NCBI GenBank assembly: GCA_963674965.2
Contig: CAXXFL010000007.1
Span: 896,001 to 960,000, forward strand
Source: a bacterium
GTDB lineage: Bacteria > RBG-13-61-14 > DATKZS01
Direction: 5' to 3'
Length of the DNA stretch: 64,000 nt
Shown: positions 1-9,238 of the stretch, piece after piece
Numbering within the stretch: position 1 is the stretch's first letter
Layout: each line of letters starts with the position of its first letter
Program-made: the position numbers and the translations under genes
Notes under the pieces: model-generated
What the model saw: the letters and a program-made list of their open reading frames with translations, nothing else
What the model was told of the DNA's origin: nothing
The model's database searches: none

Positions 1-381
1 CAAAAAGCCGAACACTATAAGGGGCTCGAAGTTAAAAGGGCTATCCATTAATCGGTTCCATTATTACCGCTCGCGGATGAGTCGAAAAACCACTGGCCAG
101 GCTATAAGGAATGGCCGGAATTAAATTACCATCCCGTATGACCCGCGCGCAAATCATGGCATATCGGGACGCTCGGTTTGAAGCGGAGGCGGCGGCGATG
201 AAGGACCCTGGCAAACCCAAACAAAGGACAGGGTCCTGATTTTTCGGGGAAAATCCTGGGCGAAAATTTGGGGAGCCCCGGGGCGGGGCTTTTTATCCGT
301 TTTCCCGGGTGCCATTAAGAAGCGATAATCTTGATCTTCTAAAATAAACCGCCAAAAAATCGGCGCAAGCCTCGTCCCTTA

Positions 382-411
382 TTGACAGAAAAGTAATTTT
401 TGTTTTATCTT
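382..411 (+). promoter_or_regulatory. putative sigma70 promoter for the fibre-protein gene
   Basis: TTGACA (382-387), 18-bp spacer, TATCTT (406-411), about 150 bp upstream of ATG 564. Confidence 0.45.
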
Positions 412-563
412 GGCGAAAGCGAAGAACAGGGAACTCGTCACTGAATCTAAAATAATTTTACGCGAACATCGTGGCGGCGAGCGTGGTCCGTTTTGGGGGC
501 GGGCCGCGGATTCTAGCGTTTTATATTCCTAGCCTTAGGGCACGGGGAAACTTGGAGGGGGTC

Positions 564-3500
564 ATGATAAGGAAGGGCTTAATCTCAGTTGTCGTTTTAT
601 GTTTATTCTCAGCCGCGGCTTGGGCCCAGAGCGTTCCGGCCAAGGTCAATTACCAGGGCCGTCTGTTCGATTCGGCGGGTTTTCCCGTTGACGGCGTCAG
701 CCTTCCCATGTCCTTTTCCCTTTGGGACGCTGACACGGGCGGGACCGAGCTATGGTCCGAGGGCCGGGCGGTCCAGGTTGAGGGCGGCCTTTACAACGTT
801 ATCCTGGGCGACTCCGTTTCCATTCCTCCCACGGTTTTCTCGGGGGCCACGGTCTTTCTCGAGGTGACGGCGGGGGGCGAGGTCATGAGTCCGCGCCAAA
901 TGATAACCTCCGTGCCCTACGCCATGCGGGCCCTCAGCGTTCCCGGCGGCCCCGGCTCGGGCCTTGACGCGGACCTGCTGGACGGGATGGACTCGACGGC
1001 CTTCGCCCTCGTCTCCCATACTCATGACGCCTCCGAGATCGTGTCGGGCGTGGTGGACGTAAACCTTTACTCGGCCTACCAGGACCTGTCCGACGAGGGG
1101 TACCTGAACGACGACGCCGCCGAGGACCTTCCCACCCGGCTCCAGGCGGACGGCAGGTTCGTGAACGTGGTGGGCGACGAGGCCATGGCCGGCAGCCTGA
1201 CCGTGGGAGGAGACCTCGAGGTCACGGGCGGCAATATCGGACTGGGAATCGCTCCGACCGCCAGTTATGGGATAGTGAACGACGAGACCAGCCCGCCGTC
1301 TTTTGGCGCCAAGCTCACTGGCGGAGTGTACGGACTTTGGGCCCAGAACTCGACTGATCCTACCCATAACCTCGTATACCTGTCCTCGAGTTCCTATGGT
1401 ATTTACGCCACCTCCGGGACCTCGACCACTCCCGGAGACAACAGCGGCGGACGCTTTTTCGGCCACAGCCAGGACGGAACGGTCTACGGCGTCCTGGGTT
1501 ACGCCTACGCTTATGGAGGCAACCCCTCCTACGGTATTAGGGGCTTCGGCTCCAGCCCCGGCTCGGGCGACGCCTATGGCGGTTACTTCTCGACCCTCTC
1601 CTCCGGTGGCGGAACGCATTATGGAGTCTTCGCCGAGGCCGACGACTACGCCGGGTGGTTCGAGGACGGCGTGGTCCACGTGGGCGCGGCCGGCTACGAG
1701 GATTACGTCTCCGGCGACGGCGACCTTTACGTTGCGTCCACCCTCGAGGTCGACGGGGTGGCTTACCTGACGGGAGGCCTCGAGGCCCCCCTGGCCATCG
1801 ACCCGTCGGACGTCAACTTCAACTACGCGGCCGGCGTCACTAAGGGCGGCCCGGCGGCCGACCTGGAATGCGCGGACTGCGTCTCGGCCGCCGAGGTCCA
1901 GTTCAACTGGGCCATGGGAAACTCGGAGGGAGGCGCGGCCCTGGACCTTAGTTGCACTAACTGCGTCTCGGCCGCCGAGGTCCAGTTTAACTACGCCGCC
2001 GGCGACTCGGAGGGAGGCGCGGCCCTGGACCTTAGCTGCACCAACTGCGTCAACCAGGACCAGGTCGAGGACATCTACGTGCTTAACACCACGGACTCGA
2101 TGTCCGGAGACCTTACCGTGGGCGAGGACTTGAGAGTTGACGGAACCATCGCCATTGGAACGGGACCCACGACCAGCGCGGCCATAATCAACGACCAGGC
2201 GACCGCCCCCTATTACGGCGCTTATATCTACGGATCGACTTACGGACTGCGCGCCTCCTGGGCGACCAACCCTAACTACAGCTACGCCTATTTAGCCGCG
2301 CAGGATAACGCCGTGTTCGGACGGGCCGGTGTGTCCGGCGACACTTCCAACCGCTACGGCGGCAGGTTCTATACCTATACTCAAGGCATGGCCACCGCCC
2401 TTCACGGCTACGCGGGAGGATACGGAAGCGTCGAGACCAGGGGCCTTTACTCGGCGGCTTACAATACGTCCACGGGAGACGTGTTCGCCGGAAAATTCAG
2501 CGCCGAGGACGGCGGCTCGGGGAACCAGTACGGCGTGCACGCCTCGGCCCTCGCCAACGCCTCGGGTGAAAAGGCTTATGGCGTGTACGGGTCCGGCGCC
2601 AATTCCTCCACCGGCGAGGCCTTCGGCGGGTACTTCAAGGGGGACGGAGACGCCTCATACGGGGTCTACGCCGAGGCGGACGAGTATCCGATTTACGCGG
2701 CCCAATCGGGAGACACGGATCATTATTACGCCTATCTTGCCTCATCCAATTATGGAATTTACGCTCGCGTCGGCACTAGCGCGGCGAGCAACGTCAAATG
2801 CGGCGGAGCGTTTTACTCTTACAGCGACTCCATTTCTTACGGCGCTTTCATGCTCGGTGAATCCGACTCGAACGTGGCGTACGGAGCGTACGGGTACGCC
2901 CGCCAAAACGGGGCTTCCAACGCTTACGGCGGATACTTCGCCAACGCCTCGGATGGGACCGGCACTCGCATAGGCGTATATGCCGGCTCGAACGGGAACG
3001 CCTGGAGCGGCAATTACGCGTTGTACGCCGGCGCCACGGGGGCGACGGCGGGCCAGAATTACGGTCTTTACTCCTACGTCTCCAACGCCACCGACTACGC
3101 TCTTTACGCTCCCAACGGCCAGAAGTCGTGGGTGAACCCCGACCCCGAGGACCCGGCCAAGTCCATCGTCTACGTGACCCTGGAGGGCGGCATCTCGGGC
3201 ACCTATCACGCGGGACGGGCCAGGCTCTCCGGCGGCCGGGTCACGGTGGTCCTTCCCGATCACTTCCGCAAGGTCACCAGCCCCGAGGAGAACGTGATGG
3301 TCACGGTCACCCCGAGGGGACGCTGCAACGGCCTGTTCGTGTCCGAGAGCGACAACGCGAGCTTCACCGTCGAGGAACTGGCCGGCGGCGAGTCCAACGT
3401 CGAGTTCGACTTCATCGTCATGGGTTACCGGCTCGGCTACGAGGACTACGAGCCCATCCGGGAGAACCTGGACTACGTGCCCTTCCAGGGGAACCTCGAG

Positions 3501-3707
3501 GGCATGGACGAGACCGAGACCACCACCCAGGAATTCTACGACGACATGAGCGAGGGCGTGAAAAAGATTTTCATCAAGAACGGGACCCTCGACGAGAAGG
3601 GCAAGGTCAACGAGAAAACCTTCCAGCAAAAAGGATGGAAAAACGTCAAGGTGAAAAAGGAAAAAGCCGACCTGAACGGCGAGCCTTCTCACCTCAAGGG
3701 CAGATAG
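564..3707 (+). CDS. secreted tail-fibre-like (probably trimeric) adhesin
   Basis: GGAGG RBS before ATG 564; signal peptide ending AWA; N-terminal NYQGRL domain; HTH (HxH) motif; Gly/Tyr-rich beta repeats; three CxxC repeats; fibre-type C-terminal domain (VYVTLEG...G..LPDHF...VTP). Confidence 0.75.
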   Translation: MIRKGLISVVVLCLFSAAAWAQSVPAKVNYQGRLFDSAGFPVDGVSLPMSFSLWDADTGGTELWSEGRAVQVEGGLYNVILGDSVSIPPTVFSGATVFLEVTAGGEVMSPRQMITSVPYAMRALSVPGGPGSGLDADLLDGMDSTAFALVSHTHDASEIVSGVVDVNLYSAYQDLSDEGYLNDDAAEDLPTRLQADGRFVNVVGDEAMAGSLTVGGDLEVTGGNIGLGIAPTASYGIVNDETSPPSFGAKLTGGVYGLWAQNSTDPTHNLVYLSSSSYGIYATSGTSTTPGDNSGGRFFGHSQDGTVYGVLGYAYAYGGNPSYGIRGFGSSPGSGDAYGGYFSTLSSGGGTHYGVFAEADDYAGWFEDGVVHVGAAGYEDYVSGDGDLYVASTLEVDGVAYLTGGLEAPLAIDPSDVNFNYAAGVTKGGPAADLECADCVSAAEVQFNWAMGNSEGGAALDLSCTNCVSAAEVQFNYAAGDSEGGAALDLSCTNCVNQDQVEDIYVLNTTDSMSGDLTVGEDLRVDGTIAIGTGPTTSAAIINDQATAPYYGAYIYGSTYGLRASWATNPNYSYAYLAAQDNAVFGRAGVSGDTSNRYGGRFYTYTQGMATALHGYAGGYGSVETRGLYSAAYNTSTGDVFAGKFSAEDGGSGNQYGVHASALANASGEKAYGVYGSGANSSTGEAFGGYFKGDGDASYGVYAEADEYPIYAAQSGDTDHYYAYLASSNYGIYARVGTSAASNVKCGGAFYSYSDSISYGAFMLGESDSNVAYGAYGYARQNGASNAYGGYFANASDGTGTRIGVYAGSNGNAWSGNYALYAGATGATAGQNYGLYSYVSNATDYALYAPNGQKSWVNPDPEDPAKSIVYVTLEGGISGTYHAGRARLSGGRVTVVLPDHFRKVTSPEENVMVTVTPRGRCNGLFVSESDNASFTVEELAGGESNVEFDFIVMGYRLGYEDYEPIRENLDYVPFQGNLEGMDETETTTQEFYDDMSEGVKKIFIKNGTLDEKGKVNEKTFQQKGWKNVKVKKEKADLNGEPSHLKGR
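1812..2063 (+). repeat. three tandem 84-bp (28-aa) coding repeats, V.FNYA.G...GG.A.DL.C..CV
   Basis: units start at 1812, 1896 and 1980; units 2 and 3 are closely similar at the DNA level. Confidence 0.9.
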
Positions 3708-3901
3708 GGAGCGGGATACCGGCGGCGGCGGTCCTTTAAACGAGCCTGCTTAAAGGACCGCGCCCCCGCCGGTCCGGCCCAGCTCGAGTAGCTCGAGCCG
3801 CCCGCCCGCGCTACTCAGGACCGTGATCGAGCCGTTGGCCGGGCTGAAATGGACCACCCGGCCGTCGGAGCGGGCCAGGCCCGAGGCCGCCCGACCGCTC
3901 C
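3708..3901. other. array of four GC-rich hairpins between convergent genes
   Basis: stems 3728-3739/3750-3761 (12 bp perfect), 3786-3792/3810-3816, 3837-3843/3857-3863, 3867-3873/3895-3901. Confidence 0.6.
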
Positions 3902-3923
3902 TTATTAGGTGGATGAGGGAGTT

Positions 3924-5027
3924 TTAGTGGTAAATAATTTTCTCTTCCCCTGCCCATTCTTGAATTACTTTTGGGGGTTTTCTTTTATATTGATTAATAT
4001 TTGAGAAATAATTAATCTCTTCTTTACTGAGTACTGCCGCCCATATTTCACCTTTTTGTCCAACTATAATTATCCAACCGGAAGATTTATAACAACCCCT
4101 AATATATCCTTCGTAGACATGCGCATTAAGTTCCTTATCCATTGTATTTTCATTGTACGAACTAAATGCATCGGCAAAAGTATCATAGTACTCACCTACA
4201 AGATTCGCGAAGGCTATTTCCTGATTTGCGTTGCTAAAAATTCCCAAATTCATGAAAACTGATCTATCTTTTTTATCTCTCTCAATTTTATAATCAAATT
4301 TTCCTTGTGAAAAAGTCCCTCCAAAGAAAACACCGATACCTCCATATCCGTCACAGCCTTCCTGCTCCACGCCTATTAGCTCTTCTTTTTTAATAAATGT
4401 CAACTTGCATTTTGAGTTCCTCTCAGTTTCTATATATTGATATTTATCTTTATCAGCGATTGCCGTACCACTTACTCCACCTGTATGACAGCCATTGATT
4501 GAGTCTATAGAAAACCAAAATTGATCTTTCCTAACGTCCCCGATATACAATTTGGTAAGCTGCCACTCAGAATAGTCCAATCTAGTCCATTTTCCAGCCG
4601 GAGGGTATTCTCCATTATCTTCAGGAACGAAAGGCGTGCCACAAACTTCAAATCCAAGCCATTTTGAAAAGTCCGATTCGAATGAAGAAGGTTTCCAAAC
4701 ACCAATATAACAACCAGCGGGATTTAATTCTCCTTCAAAATAACCAGTAATATCTCCTTTATTATTATATTCAGTAAGGTTAAGACCTCCCATTTTATCG
4801 TCACCTTGATAGTCGCCAACCAAAGTGATATCACGTTTGTACTTATGATAATAGTATTTACCAGTGACTTTCATGCCATTAATTTCAATAGACATTGATA
4901 TTGGAAGACGACCGTCAATAGAACCCTCCATCTGCTTGGAAAAAACACATTTAGGACCAGCGGCCTTTGCATTAGTTCCAAATGACAATAAAAGAAATAT
5001 GATTGTCGCTGATATCTTCACTATCAT
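3924..5027 (-). CDS. AT-rich secreted hypothetical protein, probably horizontally acquired
   Basis: 367-aa ORF, AGGAGG RBS, signal peptide (AKA), much lower GC than its flanks. Confidence 0.8.
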   Translation of the reverse strand: MIVKISATIIFLLLSFGTNAKAAGPKCVFSKQMEGSIDGRLPISMSIEINGMKVTGKYYYHKYKRDITLVGDYQGDDKMGGLNLTEYNNKGDITGYFEGELNPAGCYIGVWKPSSFESDFSKWLGFEVCGTPFVPEDNGEYPPAGKWTRLDYSEWQLTKLYIGDVRKDQFWFSIDSINGCHTGGVSGTAIADKDKYQYIETERNSKCKLTFIKKEELIGVEQEGCDGYGGIGVFFGGTFSQGKFDYKIERDKKDRSVFMNLGIFSNANQEIAFANLVGEYYDTFADAFSSYNENTMDKELNAHVYEGYIRGCYKSSGWIIIVGQKGEIWAAVLSKEEINYFSNINQYKRKPPKVIQEWAGEEKIIYH

Positions 5028-5077
5028 TTATGCCTCCTTCTGTTCAATGGAAGTAGAACCATTTAATAACTATTGAT

Positions 5078-5761
5078 TTAATTATATCGTAATCCGTTCC
5101 AGAAATCTTTTACTATGGAGATCAAAAACGCGGGTACCATAATTAGGCCCACGAGGCCGAGGACCCCAAGTAAAAAAGTAAACAGCTTTCGAGACAAAGA
5201 CGGCCTGTACGCCCAGGGGCAATCGTCGCATACTCCGTCTTGCGCGAGGTTGGTATCCCAATCGTTAATTATGTTAGTAAGGACTGCATCGTCGTTTATC
5301 ATCCATACGTCCAGATATTCGTCAATGTCCACGTTTCCAATGGCCATGGCCGTGAAACCTTTGTCCGAGACTTCCGGCCGAATGGCAAGGCGCCATTCAT
5401 CGCCGTTTATGGCCTTGTCCAGAATTTCGTTCTCGACCTCGCGTGAATGGATCACGTCGTCCGCCATGAAATAATAGTAACTGCTCCATCCGTCCGTCGA
5501 CCAACCCGTCAGGTTGAAAGCCCGCCCTCCTCCGGCATAGGAACCATGCTTTTTATAATATGAGACTTGAGAGGCGTAAATGGCGTTAAGGTTCGTCCTG
5601 GCCTCGGCGGTTCTGGCCTTGGCGTCAAATTTCATAAAATTTGGAATGGCCGCAATCATCCCGGAAATCAACCCGACGATCATGAAAAAGAAAAGGTAAG
5701 CCGACCGGCGCGACGGCCTGAATCCACGGATAAGTCTGGACCTAATAATCCATGAAGGCAT
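5078..5761 (-). CDS. atypical type IV pilin-like protein with a C-terminal TM helix
   Basis: AAIPNFMKFDAKARTAEARTNLNAIYASQVSYY and GNVDID..LDVWMI match deltaproteobacterial PilA; no G|FxxxE prepilin motif; AAGGAG RBS. Confidence 0.7.
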   Translation of the reverse strand: MPSWIIRSRLIRGFRPSRRSAYLFFFMIVGLISGMIAAIPNFMKFDAKARTAEARTNLNAIYASQVSYYKKHGSYAGGGRAFNLTGWSTDGWSSYYYFMADDVIHSREVENEILDKAINGDEWRLAIRPEVSDKGFTAMAIGNVDIDEYLDVWMINDDAVLTNIINDWDTNLAQDGVCDDCPWAYRPSLSRKLFTFLLGVLGLVGLIMVPAFLISIVKDFWNGLRYN

Positions 5762-5826
5762 TGATTTCTCCTTTCCAAGATTTGCCGTACGGCGATCGAT
5801 AGCTTCCTTTCAGCCGCGCTTCATTC

Positions 5827-5884
5827 TTCCGTACCCTTCTCCTTCACCCACGTAAGCCTTCCCTTGATCTCTTGTTCACCGGCC
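5827..5884. repeat. direct repeat copy A (duplicate of the 3' end of the 8766-9218 gene)
   Basis: 58 bp, 3 mismatches to 8781-8838. Confidence 0.9.
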
Positions 5885-5886
5885 GT

Positions 5887-5913
5887 AAGCCGCCAGCTAA
5901 GTACCTCCCGCCA
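5887..5913. repeat. direct repeat copy B
   Basis: AAGCCGCCAGCTAAGTACCTCCCGCCA, 3 mismatches to 8687-8713. Confidence 0.8.
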
Positions 5914-6172
5914 CATGCCGTTAGGAAGCCGCCAAAAAACGTCTCCAAAATTAGGCCCGTTCGCTTCGTTCCTAAAGGTCTGCAAATTAAAATGACGGCG
6001 TAAATGCAAACGGCCCCGCCTCCAACGCCTTTGGCGACTCGTTCGACGTCCGGTTGAAAGAACCTCCCGAAATGGAATTCTCAACATGATCGCGCTTTTC
6101 GGACTTGGCTTTGAAATTGATTCTCCTTGGGATTTGACAATCCGCTTTATGTCACCGTTGGAATGGAAAGAT

Positions 6173-8436
6173 TTAGTGGGCCACGATCGTAACCAACTTA
6201 GTTTTAACCACTCCGGGGCAATAGCGGCCCAGTCCATCGTTTCCGCAGGGAGGTATCTCGGCGTTTAGGAATATGGTCCCCGGTGAGTCGGCCCTTAGCG
6301 TGATAGTCGATCGTCCACCTTCAACGATAGCGCCGGAGACGTCATATCGCCCGGGACCCGAGGGCCCCTCGCCGCCCAAAAGGGTCGCGGTCCCGGTTGA
6401 GTCCTCCGCGTCTATGGTGAAAACAACGCCGATGCTGGAAGTATAATTAGGATAGTTATTCGCCACTCCCACGCTCACGCCGCGCGTATAGCCCACCTCG
6501 ACTTCGATCATCGTCGAACCCGATACTTCGAGGTCGGCGGGTATACTCGGGTTACCCGTGGTATTGATCATGCCCACCATGCTTTTAAGGATTGACAGGT
6601 CAAGAGGCGATACAATCTCGTCCATATCCAGTTCCTGAGAGTCTCCATTATAGGGGATAACTCCCGTGTAAGTGGCCGGCTTTAAATTGATCCTGTTTAA
6701 TAGCGGAATAATGTCCAGCGGGGAGATAAGGCCGTCGGCGGACACGGTGTTTCCCGAGTCACCCCAGCCGTGGCAACCGACGCCTCCCGTTATGCTGGGC
6801 GCCCACGGGTCCGTTCCATTCCAGTATTCATGGACGTTGGGGTTGGAATCCCCGTCAAAGTCGTCGGCGCCGTCCAATGAGTCGGCCGGATCGAGGGGGC
6901 TAATGGGCCTGGAGTAGTTGTTCGCCTCGAAGCCGTCGGGCAGGGCGTCGCCGTCGGAGTCCCAGTAAAGCGGATCCAGACTTTCGCCTGGCCAGTTAAC
7001 CTCGGTGAAGTCGTCGGCCCCGTCGGCGTCGGTGTCGGGGTCGCAGGGAGACGTTTTATAGCCGTATTCCTCGAGGGAGCTAAGTCCGTCGCCGTCGTAA
7101 TCCTCCGCCCCGTCAATGGTATTGGACTTCAGGCATTCATGCTCTTCCTCCCAACCATCCTCCATGCCGTCGCCGTCGGTATCGGGATCGCATGGGTCCG
7201 TACCAGCGTAGTATTCATTCAGGTTGGAAAGTCCGTCGCCGTCGTCGTCCTCGAGGGATATGACCTGGAGTCCCGAGCCGGCGTCGGCCACGTAGGCGTA
7301 CCCGTCGGATACGTGCACGTTAAAGGCGTAGCCCGGGGTGTCGTAGCTCCCGGCGAGAAAGGGGGCCGCCGGGTCGGAAACGTCGACGATCTGGAGGCCC
7401 GCGTCGCCGCTGGCCACGAAGGCGTATCCGTTGGCCACGAAGACGCCGTAGGCGTAATCGGGAGTACCGAGGCTTCCAGAAAGGACGGGAGCGGCAGGAT
7501 TGGATACGTCCACTACCCTCAGGCCCAAACGACCGTCGGCCACGTGGGCGTAATCGTTAATAACATAAAGGCCATAGGCGTTGCCTGGAGTATCATAGAC
7601 TCCGGTTAGAGTGGGGGAATCCGGATGGGAGACGTTTACAATCCGCAGGCCGGCGCTATCTTCGGCCACGTAAGCTAGTTCGCCTGAAACGTAAACGTCA
7701 TAAGAGAAACCCGAATCGTTATAGCTTCCCGCCAGAAAGGGAGACGCCGGGTCGTGAACGTCCACGACAAGGAGTCCGGACCCTCCGCCCGCCACGTAAG
7801 CGTAGCCATCCACGACGTACACTCCCGAGGTATAGCCCGCCACGTTACAGGCCCCCTCGAGGACCGGCGTCGTGGGGTGGTAAACGTCGAATGTCAGGAG
7901 GTTCGATTCCTGCCCCGATTTTGCCGGGGTTATATCGGCCACGTAGGCGATATTATTCGAGACGTAAACGCCAAGGGAAACGCCCGGAGTATCGTAATTC
8001 GCGGCGTGAGTGGGGTCCCATGGGTCGGAAACGTCAATGATCTCGAATCCCATATAGTCGTTGGCCACGAAAGCGTAACCATTCGAAACGTAAACGTCTC
8101 GGGCGTATCCCGGTGCGTCATAGCTTCCCGCGTGCACTATCGACAGCGGGGAAGTAGGGTCCATGCAGGAGTTGGACGCTTCCCAGCGTCGGGCATGCCG
8201 TCGCCGTCGGTGTCGGAGACGCACGGATCGGTTTGAGCGACGTATTCAGCCATGTTGCTCAGGCCGTCATCGTCGTAATCCTCAGCGTCGTCCACCGTGT
8301 TGGCCTGCATGCAGCTATACGAGTTTTCCCAATCGTCGGGAAGCCCATCTCCGTCCATGTCCGCCCGCGTGACCAGGGGAATGATACAAATTAGCGCCAA
8401 AAAAAAGATCGATTTCAATATATTTCTTCTTGTCAT
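6173..8436 (-). pseudogene. secreted LVIVD-repeat beta-propeller / DxDxDG-repeat / dockerin-like protein, split by a 1-bp frameshift near 8186
   Basis: signal peptide and DxDxDG repeats (ATG 8436, GGAG RBS) continue in another frame as WEASNSCMDP followed by LVIVD repeats; could also be a sequencing error. Confidence 0.75.
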
Positions 8437-8686
8437 GAATGACTCCAGTTTGGAGATATGCCCCTCCTGACTCTGCCCATAGTCCAACGGTTGGTTCACT
8501 CAATTGAAACCCTTTTAAATACGGCGATATGTAAATAAGTTTACACCGCGCCAAATATCCTGAAGTATGTACATTATGCCGAAATATTTCCATAAGCGCA
8601 AGGCCAAAGGCAAGCTTCTCCCTAAACGATGATTAATCTTCCCATGACTCTCTCGTTCACCACGCTCACGAAACATTCATTGATGC

Positions 8687-8713
8687 AAGCCGCAGGCTGA
8701 GTACCTCCCGCCA
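8687..8713. repeat. direct repeat copy B'
   Basis: AAGCCGCAGGCTGAGTACCTCCCGCCA. Confidence 0.8.
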
Positions 8714-8765
8714 TCAGGCCCCTCCACGCCGTTCGGAAACCACAATAAATCTTCAGGCGCCATCG

Positions 8766-9218
8766 TTACCGAGGCCTTTTTTCCGCTCCCTTCTCCTTCA
8801 CCCACGTAAGCCTTCCCTTGATCTCGTGTTCACCGGCCTGGATGGGCGGGGTCCGCAGGGTGAGGCGGCCGTCCTGGAAGGAAAAGTACCTGACCTGCTC
8901 GCCGCCGACCCAGTTGGGGTTTAAGGACCCCTCGACCCGCGTGATCAGTCTGCCGCTCTCGGGCTCGAGGCGGGTGCGGCCGAAGTAGGCCATGTAGCCG
9001 CTATAGGCCTTGCGCATGACCTCGGCGTCCGACGAGTCGCCGGTGAAGGCCGGGCGGCCGCGCCGCATTATCTGGGCGGACATGAAGCCGTGCTCGTCCA
9101 CGATGAACTTGCCCTCCGGGTCCTCGCCCCACGGATGAAAAACCATTCCGTCCGACCTGGTGAACTCGTAATCCACCAGCCTCCAGCAGCCCTTGAAATC
9201 GAAATCAGTCTCGCTCAT
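8766..9218 (-). CDS. lipocalin-like domain protein (Lipocalin_5 type)
   Basis: GCWRLVDY, P.G....G.MSAQI, YMAYFG, SLNPNWVGGEQVR motifs. Confidence 0.8.
   Translation of the reverse strand: MSETDFDFKGCWRLVDYEFTRSDGMVFHPWGEDPEGKFIVDEHGFMSAQIMRRGRPAFTGDSSDAEVMRKAYSGYMAYFGRTRLEPESGRLITRVEGSLNPNWVGGEQVRYFSFQDGRLTLRTPPIQAGEHEIKGRLTWVKEKGAEKRPR
8781..8838. repeat. direct repeat copy A' (inside the 3' end of the lipocalin-like gene)
   Basis: matches 5827-5884. Confidence 0.9.
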
Positions 9219-9238
9219 TCATCTTCCCCCCTGGCCGG

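Noticed and set aside
564-3707. Prophage or tailocin suggested by the fibre gene
   Set aside because: The protein has a Sec signal peptide and no capsid, sheath, baseplate or lysis genes are nearby.
5821-6237. 138-aa ORF
   Set aside because: It overlaps the LVIVD gene end, and its only protein-like part is the duplicated lipocalin tail.
3924-8436. Integron cassette array (co-oriented foreign-looking genes)
   Set aside because: Only a weak TTCCAAC...GTTGGAG pair near 6020-6163; no convincing attC stems after the other genes and no intI.
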